A stretch of 64,000 nucleotides of DNA from an uncultured Verrucomicrobiae bacterium. GTDB lineage: Bacteria; Verrucomicrobiota; Verrucomicrobiia; Limisphaerales; Palsa-1400. Made by a program: the position numbers and the translations under genes. Shown here one piece after another: positions 10,931-20,084 of the stretch. The notes beneath the pieces are model-generated. The model did not search any database, had not been told where the DNA came from, and worked only from the letters and a program-made list of their open reading frames with translations. Numbering within the stretch: position 1 is the first letter of the stretch; each line of letters begins with the position of its first letter. The stretch lies in assembly GCA_963707025.1 (NCBI GenBank), contig CAVPOM010000010.1, positions 186,809 through 250,808 on the forward strand, written 5' to 3'.

Positions 10931-12889
10931 GTAGAGTAGGCGAAGTGGAAGGAGGCGGATTGAACTGACCGCAGTTGTCAGTCTCGCGCTGCCACTTCGC
11001 CCCTCATCGAACCGAACGGACGGATTTCCCATATTCGGCTCTCCGAACTCATTCATCGGGCCGCCTTCCACTTCGCCGTGGTCGGCAGTTCATAGAGTCC
11101 ATAACGCTGGTGCAACTGCTCGGGAACGTAGTGTTCCCACAGGCTGCGGCGGCAACCGTGTTTGCGCCACAGCCAGCGCCGAAAGCGGTTTTGGCTGTAG
11201 TGTTTCATCCGGTTCATCACCGAGACGCTGTTGCCGTAGTGGAAGTAGCCCGCCCATCCGCGCAAGACTTGGTTGACCTCTTTGACCACCTCCTGTATCG
11301 GACGCCCCTGCGTCCAGTGGTTGAGGATGCCGCCCAGTTTCTCGCGCAGGGCCCCCCGGCTTTTCTGGCTGGGTTGAACGTGCAGGTAGCCGCGCCCTCC
11401 AAAGGACTTGCGCCAGGTCAGGTTGAAGCCCAGGAAGTTGATCCCTTCCTTGCGAATGTTCACAATTCGGGTTTTGACTTCGTTGAGGGTCAGCCCTTTG
11501 GCTCGAAGCCATTTCTTGAGCCGCGCTATCAGCCCTCCGCCGCACCCCGCCGCGCACGCGATGACAAAGTCATCGGCGTAGCGCACCATGCGGGCTTGGC
11601 CGGAGGTTTTCTCGTTCACCCCGTGATCCAGCGGGTTGAGGTAGAGGTTGGCCAGCAGCGGCGAGATGACCCCGCCTTGCGGCGTGCCGCGCCGGTTGGG
11701 GATCACTCGCTTGGTGCCGTCCTGGTCTTCCTCCGCGACCGGGGCGCGCAGCCAGCTCTTGAGGAGCCGCAGCACGCTGCCGTCGCTGACCCGCCGGGCC
11801 ACGGCCTTCATCAGTTCCCGGTGCGGAATCGTGTCGAAATATTTCGTCAGGTCCGCGTCGATGATTTCCACGTAGCCTTGCTGCACTGCTTGTTGGATTT
11901 CCGCAATGGCTTGGTGTGCCCGGCGTTTGGGCCGAAAGCCGTAGGAGCGCGGATGAAAGTCCGCCTCCAAGATCGGCATCAGCACCAGATACACCGCCGT
12001 TTGCACCACCCGGTCCTTGACCGTCGGGATGCCCAACGGCCGTTCCCCTCCGCTGCTCTTGGGAATCATCACCCGCCGCACCGGGCTGGCCCGATACGTC
12101 TTGGCTTTGAGTTCTGCTTGCAGGCGGTCGAGCCATTGCTGGCGCAGGGCCGGGTCGGCGGTGATGGACTCCATACTCTGTCCGTCCACTCCCGCGGCCC
12201 CGCCGTTGCGCTGTTGCGCTGCCAAGGCGGTTTCGAGCACGTCCTTGCGCAGCAATTCCCCATACAGGCTCCAGAACCGATACTTCGGCTCTGCTTTGGC
12301 TTTCCGATAGAGCGCGATTTGAAGCTGCCGAACTTTCTCCGGGGTTGCTATCCGGGTCGCCCCGGCCATCCCCGCATCCTTCGCTTCGCCTCCACGCATT
12401 GAGCAAGTGTTCCCCCTTTGCGTTCGCTCGCGCAACTCCCGGCGGAAATCCGCCTGGAGCGCAAACAAGTCCACGCTACTATGAGGAACTCCGACTTCTC
12501 CGGCAGGGCCGCTCGCCTGACTGGTCTTGCCAGCTTGCGCGGGCGGTTGGGCTGGCCGCCCGCCGCCGGAGTTCTCCCAGCTTACCTTGGTTGAACTTCC
12601 AGACGTGCCGTCCACGCCGACCCCGCCGGAGCGTTGAGAAGGCTCTGACTGTTGCCCTGCCTCCTCCCTGCGGCCTTCGCCGGTCAAACAGCGGCTCGGC
12701 TTGTCTCCGGTTCTAAACTTATCGAGGCTCATTGGATGTGGTTCATTTTCATTACGGCCCGTCTGTTCATCTCCCTCAGCTTCCAACCCCGCCTCGCGGC
12801 GGCGCTGTTGAGGTCGTGTTCCGTCGTGAACAGCCTAATTCGACGGACGGGACTTTCACCCGCGTTCCAACCAACTTCACTGGCGCAAC
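10931..12889 (-). mobile_element. Group II intron (ribozyme plus RT/maturase ORF)
   Basis: 5' end (G)TTGCG at 12889/12888; domain V GAGCCGAATATGGGAAATCCGTCCGTTCGGTTC at 11041-11009; domain VI stem GGCGAAGTGG/CCACTTCGCC with a bulged A 7 nt from the AC 3' end at 10931. Confidence 0.92.
11053..12369 (-). CDS. ltrA: Group II intron reverse transcriptase/maturase, no C-terminal endonuclease
   Basis: AAGVDG, RPLGIPTVKDRVVQ, SYGFRP, GTPQGGVISPLLANLYL, YADD, FLGF, RGWAGYF (domain X); start codon inferred. Confidence 0.95.
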   Translation of the reverse strand: MAGATRIATPEKVRQLQIALYRKAKAEPKYRFWSLYGELLRKDVLETALAAQQRNGGAAGVDGQSMESITADPALRQQWLDRLQAELKAKTYRASPVRRVMIPKSSGGERPLGIPTVKDRVVQTAVYLVLMPILEADFHPRSYGFRPKRRAHQAIAEIQQAVQQGYVEIIDADLTKYFDTIPHRELMKAVARRVSDGSVLRLLKSWLRAPVAEEDQDGTKRVIPNRRGTPQGGVISPLLANLYLNPLDHGVNEKTSGQARMVRYADDFVIACAAGCGGGLIARLKKWLRAKGLTLNEVKTRIVNIRKEGINFLGFNLTWRKSFGGRGYLHVQPSQKSRGALREKLGGILNHWTQGRPIQEVVKEVNQVLRGWAGYFHYGNSVSVMNRMKHYSQNRFRRWLWRKHGCRRSLWEHYVPEQLHQRYGLYELPTTAKWKAAR

Positions 12890-12918
12890 GTTTGACCCGG
12901 TTTGACCGGTTTGACCGG
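12890..12918. repeat. 9-bp tandem repeat (GTTTGACCG) x3, abutting the intron 5' end
   Basis: gtttgacccg gtttgaccg gtttgaccg g. Confidence 0.9.
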
Positions 12919-13191
12919 CGGGGGAAAAATGCATCCTCCTCCGCAGGGCCTTCCACCTTCGCCGGGCCTACGGAGGACAGGACGGAGGACAGGAAATGCA
13001 AAATGCAGAATGCAAAATCGGAAGCAGGCCGATAACGTCATGGTTTCCAGTGGTGCGACAAATTGGGGCGACATCCCGCCTCCGCCAAGCCTGCGGCGCG
13101 GCAAGGGGAAGGCACAGGAAAAGGATGAACAGGATTCTGAGAGGCGGACCCTCGCCCGGGCCGTCAGTTGCACATGGAACCTCGGACGCTT

Positions 13192-13274
13192 TGGAGTGTG
13201 CCGACGGGTCGGCACCGCTTTGCTCTCCGGGAATCGTTCCCAATCCAAAAGCGGGAGCCAGCTCCCGCACTCCA
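13192..13274. repeat. REP-like nested palindrome
   Basis: TGGAGTG...CACTCCA outer arms, CCGCTTTG...CAAAAGCGG inner arms, plus small hairpins. Confidence 0.65.
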
Positions 13275-13461
13275 TAAAAACCGCCCTCATAACTAATGAA
13301 GATTAGCAAATGGAGGTTTCTTTGTCAAAGGATATTTTGAAAAAAAGAGGCGGGGCTGGCGCCATCGCCAGGGCCTTGGCGGACAAGGGCTTGCGCATGA
13401 AAGGATCTGCGGAAGGACGATGAGGAAATGCGATTATGCGGCGACCCGTTTATGGCCCTAA

Positions 13462-15756
13462 TCACTTCTTTGGTTGGTTTTGCTCTAGTTTATCGAACAC
13501 TTCAATTACTGGCGCGAGCAATTCTTTGTCAGGTTGAAGCTGTGCTTGCTGGATTGCGCGCAGGTAATCCTGGTACAGGCGACCAATGAGTTGAGCGAAG
13601 CCCGGCGGCCCCTTTTGGAAATGCGGTGTTATCGCCCGGATGCCTTGCGCAAACGTCGCGGCGGCTTGCGCGTGCCGCTCCATTCTGTGGAGTACTCCAC
13701 CCCGCACACCGTAAGAAGTCGCCAAGTCCGGCAGGAACGCCTCTGGCCGCGCCATTGCCAATTGCTCATAAATCCGCACCGCCTCCTGCGCCTTGTCCAT
13801 CGCCTCCTCGCACCGGCCCAAATCGCTTAAGCTGGTGGCCAGATTGGTTAGTGACTTCGCCAAGTTTGGCAAGAACACGTCTGGCCGCGCTTTTGCCAGT
13901 TGCTCTCGTATCCGAACCGCTTCCTGCGCCTTGTGCAGGGCATCCCCGTGCCGGCCCAAAGCGTTCAACCTGATGGCGAGATTGTTCAGTGACGTTGCCA
14001 CCTCCGGCAGGAAGGCATCTGGCTGGACCTTTGCCAATTGCTCATAAATCCGCGCCGCTTCTTGCGCCTTGTCCAGAGCCTCCTCCCGCCCGCCCAACTC
14101 GCTGAACCGGTTGGCCAGATTACTTAGTGATCCGGCCACGTTCGGCAGGAACGCATCTGGCTGCTCCTTGGCCAATTGCTCATAAATCCGCGCCGCCTCT
14201 TGCGCCTTGTCCAGAGCCTCCTCCGGCCGGCCCAACTCGCTGAACCGGTTGGCCAGATTATTTAATGATCCGGCCACGTTCGGCAGGAACGCGTCTGGCC
14301 GCGCCTTGGCCAATTGCTGATAAATCCGCGCCGCCTCCTGTGCCTTGTCCAGCGCCTCCTCGCGCCTTCCCAAATCGCCCAACCTGTTGGCCAGATTGTT
14401 TGCTGATCCTGCCAAGCTCGCCAGGAACGTGTCTGGCCGGGCCTTGGCCAATTTCTCATAAATTCGCGTTGCCTCCTGCGCCTTGTCCAGCGCCTCCTCG
14501 CGCCGCCCCAAAGCGCTCAACATGCTGGCCAAGTTGTGCAGTGCGGTGGCGAAGCTCGGCAGGAAAGTGTCTGGCCGGGCGTTTGCCAATTGTTCATCAA
14601 TCCTCACCGCCTCCTGCGCCTTGAGCAGCGCCTCCTCGCGCTGGCCCAACTCGCTCAACCTGGTCGCCAGATTGTTCAGTGACATCGCCACGTCCGGGAG
14701 GAACGCCTCCGGCTGAGTCTTGGCCAACTGCTCATAAATCCGCGCTGATTCCCGCGCCTTTTCCAGTGCTTCCTCGCGCCGGCCCAAATCGCTCAACATG
14801 TTGGCCAGATTGTTCAGCGACATCGCCACGTCCGGTAGAAACACTTCTGGCTGTGCCTTTGCCAATTGCTCAAAAATCCGCGCTGCCTCCCGTGCTTTGG
14901 CCAGCGCCTCGTCACGGTATCCCAACTCACTCAGAACCATCGCAAGATTATTCAAAACTCCTGCGTGCATGGCGTCGGGCCGAGGCTGTTGTTTGATTTC
15001 CGACGCATCTGCGAGGGAGTTCAATGCCTCGCGCCAGCATGATTCAGCCAATTCTAAACGAGCCTTCTCGTGGAAACCCGCTGCGGCGCGCATGAGCAGT
15101 TCCGTCCGCTGAAAGGCAAGGTCTTTGCGGTTGGCAAGACGATGAGCCTGTTGCAGCGTGTAATCCGGGTCGCTTGCCGCCTCAACTCCGATGAGGGCCT
15201 GTTGACTTTGCATTGAAGCTCCCTCTAGGCGGGACTCATCCGGTTCACTTTGCGGCAGCAAGCGCACCACCGTTGAGCGGACGGACCAGAAATCCGGGGC
15301 GGCCTCGCGAAAGATTTGCTGCAGCCAGGGTTCGCCGACAAAGACCAGAGGAACGGGCAAGGCTTTGAGTATGCGGTTGCGATGCAGATTTAATAAGGTG
15401 AACATCTTGCCGCAGGCAGCCTTCCAAGCGTCATCGGTGCGGTCGGGGCTCAAGAAGCTTACCCAAACACCGCCGATGCCATCCGGGTTTAGGCTGAGGA
15501 GCTTCTCGCCCAAGCGGATGATTTCCGAGGCGGAAGAGAAATGTATGCGTTCCAAGCGATGGTTGTCCTTTAGGAGGCGTTCCGCCAAGGCTTGTTCGCA
15601 AATCAGCGCCCCCGAAGTCCCAGGCAGGAGGAGGACGAGCAGGGACGAGCCGGCCGCCAACTCGAAATGAGCCTCGAACAGGCGCCAATCTTCAAAGGCT
15701 GCCTCGCCGAAAAAGCGAAGAACCTCGTGATCGGCTGGTGATTCGACCGTGGGCAC
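13462..15756 (-). CDS. TPR protein with nine 46-aa repeats and an N-terminal degenerate NTPase-like domain
   Basis: Repeat LNNLAxxLSxLGRREEALxKAQEAxRIYEQLAKAxPDAFLPxVAxS at 13714-14955; N-terminal LNxxR...PLVF...APDFWSxRS. Confidence 0.88.
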   Translation of the reverse strand: MPTVESPADHEVLRFFGEAAFEDWRLFEAHFELAAGSSLLVLLLPGTSGALICEQALAERLLKDNHRLERIHFSSASEIIRLGEKLLSLNPDGIGGVWVSFLSPDRTDDAWKAACGKMFTLLNLHRNRILKALPVPLVFVGEPWLQQIFREAAPDFWSVRSTVVRLLPQSEPDESRLEGASMQSQQALIGVEAASDPDYTLQQAHRLANRKDLAFQRTELLMRAAAGFHEKARLELAESCWREALNSLADASEIKQQPRPDAMHAGVLNNLAMVLSELGYRDEALAKAREAARIFEQLAKAQPEVFLPDVAMSLNNLANMLSDLGRREEALEKARESARIYEQLAKTQPEAFLPDVAMSLNNLATRLSELGQREEALLKAQEAVRIDEQLANARPDTFLPSFATALHNLASMLSALGRREEALDKAQEATRIYEKLAKARPDTFLASLAGSANNLANRLGDLGRREEALDKAQEAARIYQQLAKARPDAFLPNVAGSLNNLANRFSELGRPEEALDKAQEAARIYEQLAKEQPDAFLPNVAGSLSNLANRFSELGGREEALDKAQEAARIYEQLAKVQPDAFLPEVATSLNNLAIRLNALGRHGDALHKAQEAVRIREQLAKARPDVFLPNLAKSLTNLATSLSDLGRCEEAMDKAQEAVRIYEQLAMARPEAFLPDLATSYGVRGGVLHRMERHAQAAATFAQGIRAITPHFQKGPPGFAQLIGRLYQDYLRAIQQAQLQPDKELLAPVIEVFDKLEQNQPKK

Positions 15757-15762
15757 AAAAAC

Positions 15763-17130
15763 TCATTCCTTTAAATTCAAACGCTGGACAATCTTTTTGA
15801 CCTCATCCCGAATCAAGGGATGAATGTCGTAATAATCGCCGCCATTTGAAAAATACAGCACCAGGTGCTGATTGAGCAAACGACTGATGCGCGATACTTC
15901 CTGCGCACTGCTGTTCCGAAGGCCGGAGTCGCGATGTTCTGCAATGGAAGAAAGCCGTGTGGCGTCCTCTTCCGAAATCGGCAAATATTGTTCACGAATG
16001 CGCTGAATCGCTCCTTCGATTACAGGTTGTGACGCGGGCAGCGTTTCGGTCTGCGTCGAAACTCGGACAAGGACTTCTCGAATCAGGCGAAGGAGGTCGC
16101 GGAAATGGCCCCCGCTCGCTTCGATGAGAGGATCTGCGCAGGGAAGTTCGTGGCCAATCAGCCGGGCAAAACCTTCCTTTTCCAAACGACGTTCGATGAG
16201 ATGTCGAACAGCAGTCCAGACCGGCTTGATGCGGGTTCGAGCGGGATCTCTATCCCACAAGCGGAGGGAGGGAAGCAGTTCGATCTCCTGGCCGTGAAGG
16301 ACGAAAGGCAGCCAGGGTGGAACCGTATAAATGGCATGGACGAACGGGAGTTTCAGTTTGTCCAAATGTCCAGCAAAGAGGCGTTCAATGCTGGCGATAA
16401 CCTCGCTTTCATTGCTGAGGGAACCGCTGATTTGCTCGAGTTGGTCAAAGATGAGCACAATCCTGGCCTCGGCGCCGCACTTTGCCCGCAACGCCTTGAC
16501 GCCTTCTTCGATGAATCGGTTAACTTCCTTCTTCAACTCACCGAGGCGGTTTTCAAGAAACGCCCGGAGCTTTTGGCGGAAGGTGTTGGACTCCTTCAAA
16601 GCTAATTTGAGATCAACACCGCCTTTCAATCCCCCGAGCACGTCCTTTGCAGGATTTTCGGCCTCGATTTTCGCGGTCGCTGCCGTCACCTCGACGGAAG
16701 TTGTTGTGAGGTAGTTTGTAATCCTGGCCCACCACGAGTCCCGCCCGATATCAACTCCGTGACTTGCCTCTGCGCTGTCATTGAACGCGCCGGCCAAAAT
16801 CAATAACAAATCCGAAATGTCCAGAGGCTCGGATGGGTTCAAGTAGTCGAGTGCATCCGCATAAAGAACAATCGCCCCATTCTTTTCAAGCTCCCGCCGC
16901 AAACGAAAAAGCTCGGTCGTCTTGCCGGAGCCGTTGAAGCCTGAAAACAATTGCAAACTCTCCGCCCCCGCCCATTCGATTTGATCCCGCAAACGGGCAA
17001 CCGGGTCTTCACAATGACCGCCGGCGTAGATAGGCTGATACCGGGGATCGTCCGGCAGCAATGGTTCGCGTGGATTGCACCGATTAAACAGCTCTTTGAG
17101 CAAGGACTTGTCGGCGGCTGATAATGCCAT
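15763..17130 (-). CDS. P-loop ATPase (AAA+/STAND-like) with C-terminal winged-helix-like tail
   Basis: Walker A GFNGSGKT, Walker B IVLIFDQLE, SGGHFRDLLRLI, YDIHPLI. Confidence 0.85.
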   Translation of the reverse strand: MALSAADKSLLKELFNRCNPREPLLPDDPRYQPIYAGGHCEDPVARLRDQIEWAGAESLQLFSGFNGSGKTTELFRLRRELEKNGAIVLYADALDYLNPSEPLDISDLLLILAGAFNDSAEASHGVDIGRDSWWARITNYLTTTSVEVTAATAKIEAENPAKDVLGGLKGGVDLKLALKESNTFRQKLRAFLENRLGELKKEVNRFIEEGVKALRAKCGAEARIVLIFDQLEQISGSLSNESEVIASIERLFAGHLDKLKLPFVHAIYTVPPWLPFVLHGQEIELLPSLRLWDRDPARTRIKPVWTAVRHLIERRLEKEGFARLIGHELPCADPLIEASGGHFRDLLRLIREVLVRVSTQTETLPASQPVIEGAIQRIREQYLPISEEDATRLSSIAEHRDSGLRNSSAQEVSRISRLLNQHLVLYFSNGGDYYDIHPLIRDEVKKIVQRLNLKE

Positions 17131-17215
17131 GTGCGGGATGATAACAGGAAACTGGCTGGGGTAAAGCCGTTAAAGGCCGAGAATCGCCCGACAGCATGCC
17201 GTGCCCATCCTCCTC

Positions 17216-20083
17216 CTACCTTTTGTCGCCGCCGCGGCGCTGGGCGCGGCGCTTGGCGTCGAGCAAACGACTCGCGGTGCTCGCCGCCCCCGGCGCGGGC
17301 TTTTTGCCGTCTCCCGGCGGCGGCTCTCCCGCCGCCTGCTTTTTTGCCCCGGCCCCGCCCGGCTCTTCGGCGGCGGTGACTATTTTGTCCGGCTGGAACA
17401 GATCGGGGCTGGGCGGGGCCACCAGGGGCGGTTGCTGGGCGCGCACCTGGCCGCGACGGTTGAGCAAAGCGGCCAGGGAATCGTCCGCCTCCTTCGGGCG
17501 CGGGACGCCTTGCCAGAAGAAAATCCAGCGCCGCAGGGTCGCGATGGCTTTGAGCCATTGCTCCCAGTCCAACTGGATGCGCCGCACGCCCACGTCAAGG
17601 GGAAAGAGCAAGATGGCCAGGGTCAGGAGCCAATCGCGCAAATCCTGCGGTTGAAAGGTCTTTTGCCGGTCGTGCAAAAACGGACTGTCGGCGGCCGGAT
17701 CGAGGACTTTGCCGCCGCCCAATTCGGCCAGGCGGCGCAGGAGGTTCAAGTTGGGCTCGCTGTCGTCGAACTCCGGCGAATAATTGACGCTCAAGCCCAG
17801 GGCCTGGGAGCGCCCCGAGCCGAGGTCGCGCAAGTTCATCAAATAGGCGCCGACGTCCTTGGTCGGAAACCTGGCTTCGTAATGGCCGGGGCCGGTTTGT
17901 TCGAGGCGGACGATTTGGTTTTCGCCCTTGGGGCTGACCACGATGGTATCCAGATTGAGGAAATTGCGGTAATTGCCGCGCGGGTCCACCGCCTCGACGC
18001 TGATGTGGCCCTCGCCTTTTTCGACCGCCACCTCGGTGGTGAAATCGGCGGCCTCGACGCGCCGCAAGCTCCACTGGGCGACCTGCAGCCAGAACTGGCG
18101 GTACTTCTCCCAGCCCAGCCAGTCGGCCGCCCATTTGCCCTTGGCATCGGAAGTCCAGGCCACGGCGCGCCCCAGTCCAAATTGCCAGTGGGCCAGGAGG
18201 GGATCGCCCTTTTGCGTGACCAGGGGAATTTCGGCCCGGGACTTGGGGGTGGTGCAGACATAACCGAGCAACTGGGGATACTCGGCCGGGCCAATGCCCT
18301 TGACCAGTTCGCTGGACATCTGCATCTGCGGCTTGAAGGGCTCCTCGAAGATGGCCGACTTCAAAATCACGCTGGCTTCCTTGATGAAGATCTGGGGCAG
18401 ATCGCCCGGTGAATCCACCGGCCAAAACTGGCCGTGACCCTCCGCCGCCAGCCAGCTCATGGTATCGGGCGCGACATGGCCGCCGATCATCACCGTGCTG
18501 ATGGTGATTTTATCGTTGACAATGTCCGAGACCAGGGATTTTTTGGGCGCACCCGGATCGCCGTCGCTGAAGACGACCAGGTGTTTGAGATTGGCGTGGG
18601 AGGCTTTGAGAGCCTGATAGGCCAAATCCATGGGCTGCTGGAAATCCATCATGTCGCCGGGGTTCATGCCGGAAATGAGGCGGCCCATCTCCTGTTTGTC
18701 GCCGACCTTTTCCAGCGGAAAAAGCCAGCGGCCGGTTCCATCCCACAGGATAATGCCCATCTCATCGGCCGGCCCGAGGGCGTCCAGGGCGGCGAAGGCG
18801 ATGTCGCGCGCCCAGCCGTTGCCGCCCGGATATTCGGTGGCGTGGCAGACAATGGCCAGGGCGCCGTTGGGCAGGACTTTTTTGCTGCTTAACTCCATCT
18901 CCACCGGGAGGGTCTCTTCCAGCGGGGTGCCGCGATAGCCGCCCGCGGCGAAGGCCTGGTCGCCGCCCAGGCAGACCAAACCGACCCCGAAATCGCGCAC
19001 GGCGCTTTCCAGCAGGCGCATGGAGTCCAGGCCGAGGTCGCCGGCGGCCATGTTGCACAAGAAAATGGCGTCGTAACTTTGAATTTCGGCCAGGGTGCCG
19101 GGGAAGCGGTCGGCCAGATGCACGTCCAGGGTGCCGGTTTGCAGCGCGGCCAGCAGGGTGGCGTCCTCCTTGGGATTGCTGGAGACGATGAGCACGCGCG
19201 GGTCGCCACGCACGGTGGCGAAGGCGGTGGCGTGATTGTTCTGCGGCACCGCATCGTGCGGGGCCTCGATCTGGGCGTCGTATTTGTAAAAGCCGGCCTC
19301 GGGGAGCGTCTGGGGAAAGGTGAAAAGATTTTTGCCCGCGGCCAGTTCGACCTTCTGTTCGCCCAGATACGTTTCGTTCAGATACAGGCGCATGGTGCCG
19401 GTTTGGGCCTCGTCGGATTGGACGACAATCTTCACATCGAAGGTGGTTCCCTTTTTCAAGCCGGCAGGCACGCTTAATTTTCGCACCGAGACATCGCTGC
19501 CGCGGCTGACCCCCAGGGGCAGGGCGTCCAGCGTCACCCCCAGCGGCCGGGCGGCCGTCAGGGCGGAAAAAGCGTCGCCCACGTTTTCGTTGCCGTCGGA
19601 CAAGAGCACCAGGCGTTTCTGGCCGGTTTCGGGAAAGGCGGCCGTGCCCAGGCGGATGGCGCTGGCGATGTCGGTGCGTTGCGAGCCGACCACCGCCCGG
19701 ATGAGGGCCAGGTCAAGCTGCGGGTTGGGGCGGGTCTCAATGGCCGCTTCGCCGCCGAAAACGAGGACGCCGGCCAGGTCGTTGGCTTTCTTTTCCTTGG
19801 CCGATTCCAGCACATATCGGCGTGCCAATTCCTGCTGGTCCGACGGCACGCTCTCCGAGCGGTCCAGCAGGTAGAAAATGGTCATGCCTTCGATGGGCCG
19901 TTTCCACTGCAAACCGGCCATGGCCAGGGCCAGCGCCAGCACCACCAGCAACCGCAGGGCCAGCGCCGTCCCCTGCCGCCAGGCGCCGATCTGCACATCG
20001 GATTTCCAGGACAGCCAGAGGACCCAGGGCACCGCCGCCAGCAGGGTCAAAAGCCAGATGGGATTGGTGAATTGGAAATTCAT
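17216..20083 (-). CDS. Membrane-anchored vWA-domain protein with class I GATase-like (DUF1355-like) domain
   Basis: N-terminal TMs, MIDAS DRSES...T...LSDG, GGYRGTPLEETLPV, second FSDG, C-terminal TM. Confidence 0.85.
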   Translation of the reverse strand: MNFQFTNPIWLLTLLAAVPWVLWLSWKSDVQIGAWRQGTALALRLLVVLALALAMAGLQWKRPIEGMTIFYLLDRSESVPSDQQELARRYVLESAKEKKANDLAGVLVFGGEAAIETRPNPQLDLALIRAVVGSQRTDIASAIRLGTAAFPETGQKRLVLLSDGNENVGDAFSALTAARPLGVTLDALPLGVSRGSDVSVRKLSVPAGLKKGTTFDVKIVVQSDEAQTGTMRLYLNETYLGEQKVELAAGKNLFTFPQTLPEAGFYKYDAQIEAPHDAVPQNNHATAFATVRGDPRVLIVSSNPKEDATLLAALQTGTLDVHLADRFPGTLAEIQSYDAIFLCNMAAGDLGLDSMRLLESAVRDFGVGLVCLGGDQAFAAGGYRGTPLEETLPVEMELSSKKVLPNGALAIVCHATEYPGGNGWARDIAFAALDALGPADEMGIILWDGTGRWLFPLEKVGDKQEMGRLISGMNPGDMMDFQQPMDLAYQALKASHANLKHLVVFSDGDPGAPKKSLVSDIVNDKITISTVMIGGHVAPDTMSWLAAEGHGQFWPVDSPGDLPQIFIKEASVILKSAIFEEPFKPQMQMSSELVKGIGPAEYPQLLGYVCTTPKSRAEIPLVTQKGDPLLAHWQFGLGRAVAWTSDAKGKWAADWLGWEKYRQFWLQVAQWSLRRVEAADFTTEVAVEKGEGHISVEAVDPRGNYRNFLNLDTIVVSPKGENQIVRLEQTGPGHYEARFPTKDVGAYLMNLRDLGSGRSQALGLSVNYSPEFDDSEPNLNLLRRLAELGGGKVLDPAADSPFLHDRQKTFQPQDLRDWLLTLAILLFPLDVGVRRIQLDWEQWLKAIATLRRWIFFWQGVPRPKEADDSLAALLNRRGQVRAQQPPLVAPPSPDLFQPDKIVTAAEEPGGAGAKKQAAGEPPPGDGKKPAPGAASTASRLLDAKRRAQRRGGDKR

Positions 20084-20084
20084 C

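Noticed and set aside
10975..12402. 475-aa plus-strand ORF
   Set aside because: Antisense shadow of the RT gene; the same applies to most long antisense ORFs in this GC-rich window.
12370..12786. 139-codon N-terminal extension of the RT ORF
   Set aside because: It overlaps ribozyme domains I-III including EBS1 and has no protein-like motifs; probably an incidental open frame.
12877..13309. Short ORFs upstream of the intron
   Set aside because: They are translations of repeat modules (PVKPVKP, CILHFAF, MECGS) with no domain signal.
11053..14955. RT next to a repeat-rich TPR gene as a diversity-generating retroelement or retron
   Set aside because: The RT has domain X and flanking DV/DVI of a group II intron; no TR/VR pair with adenine-specific differences, no avd and no msr/msd were seen.
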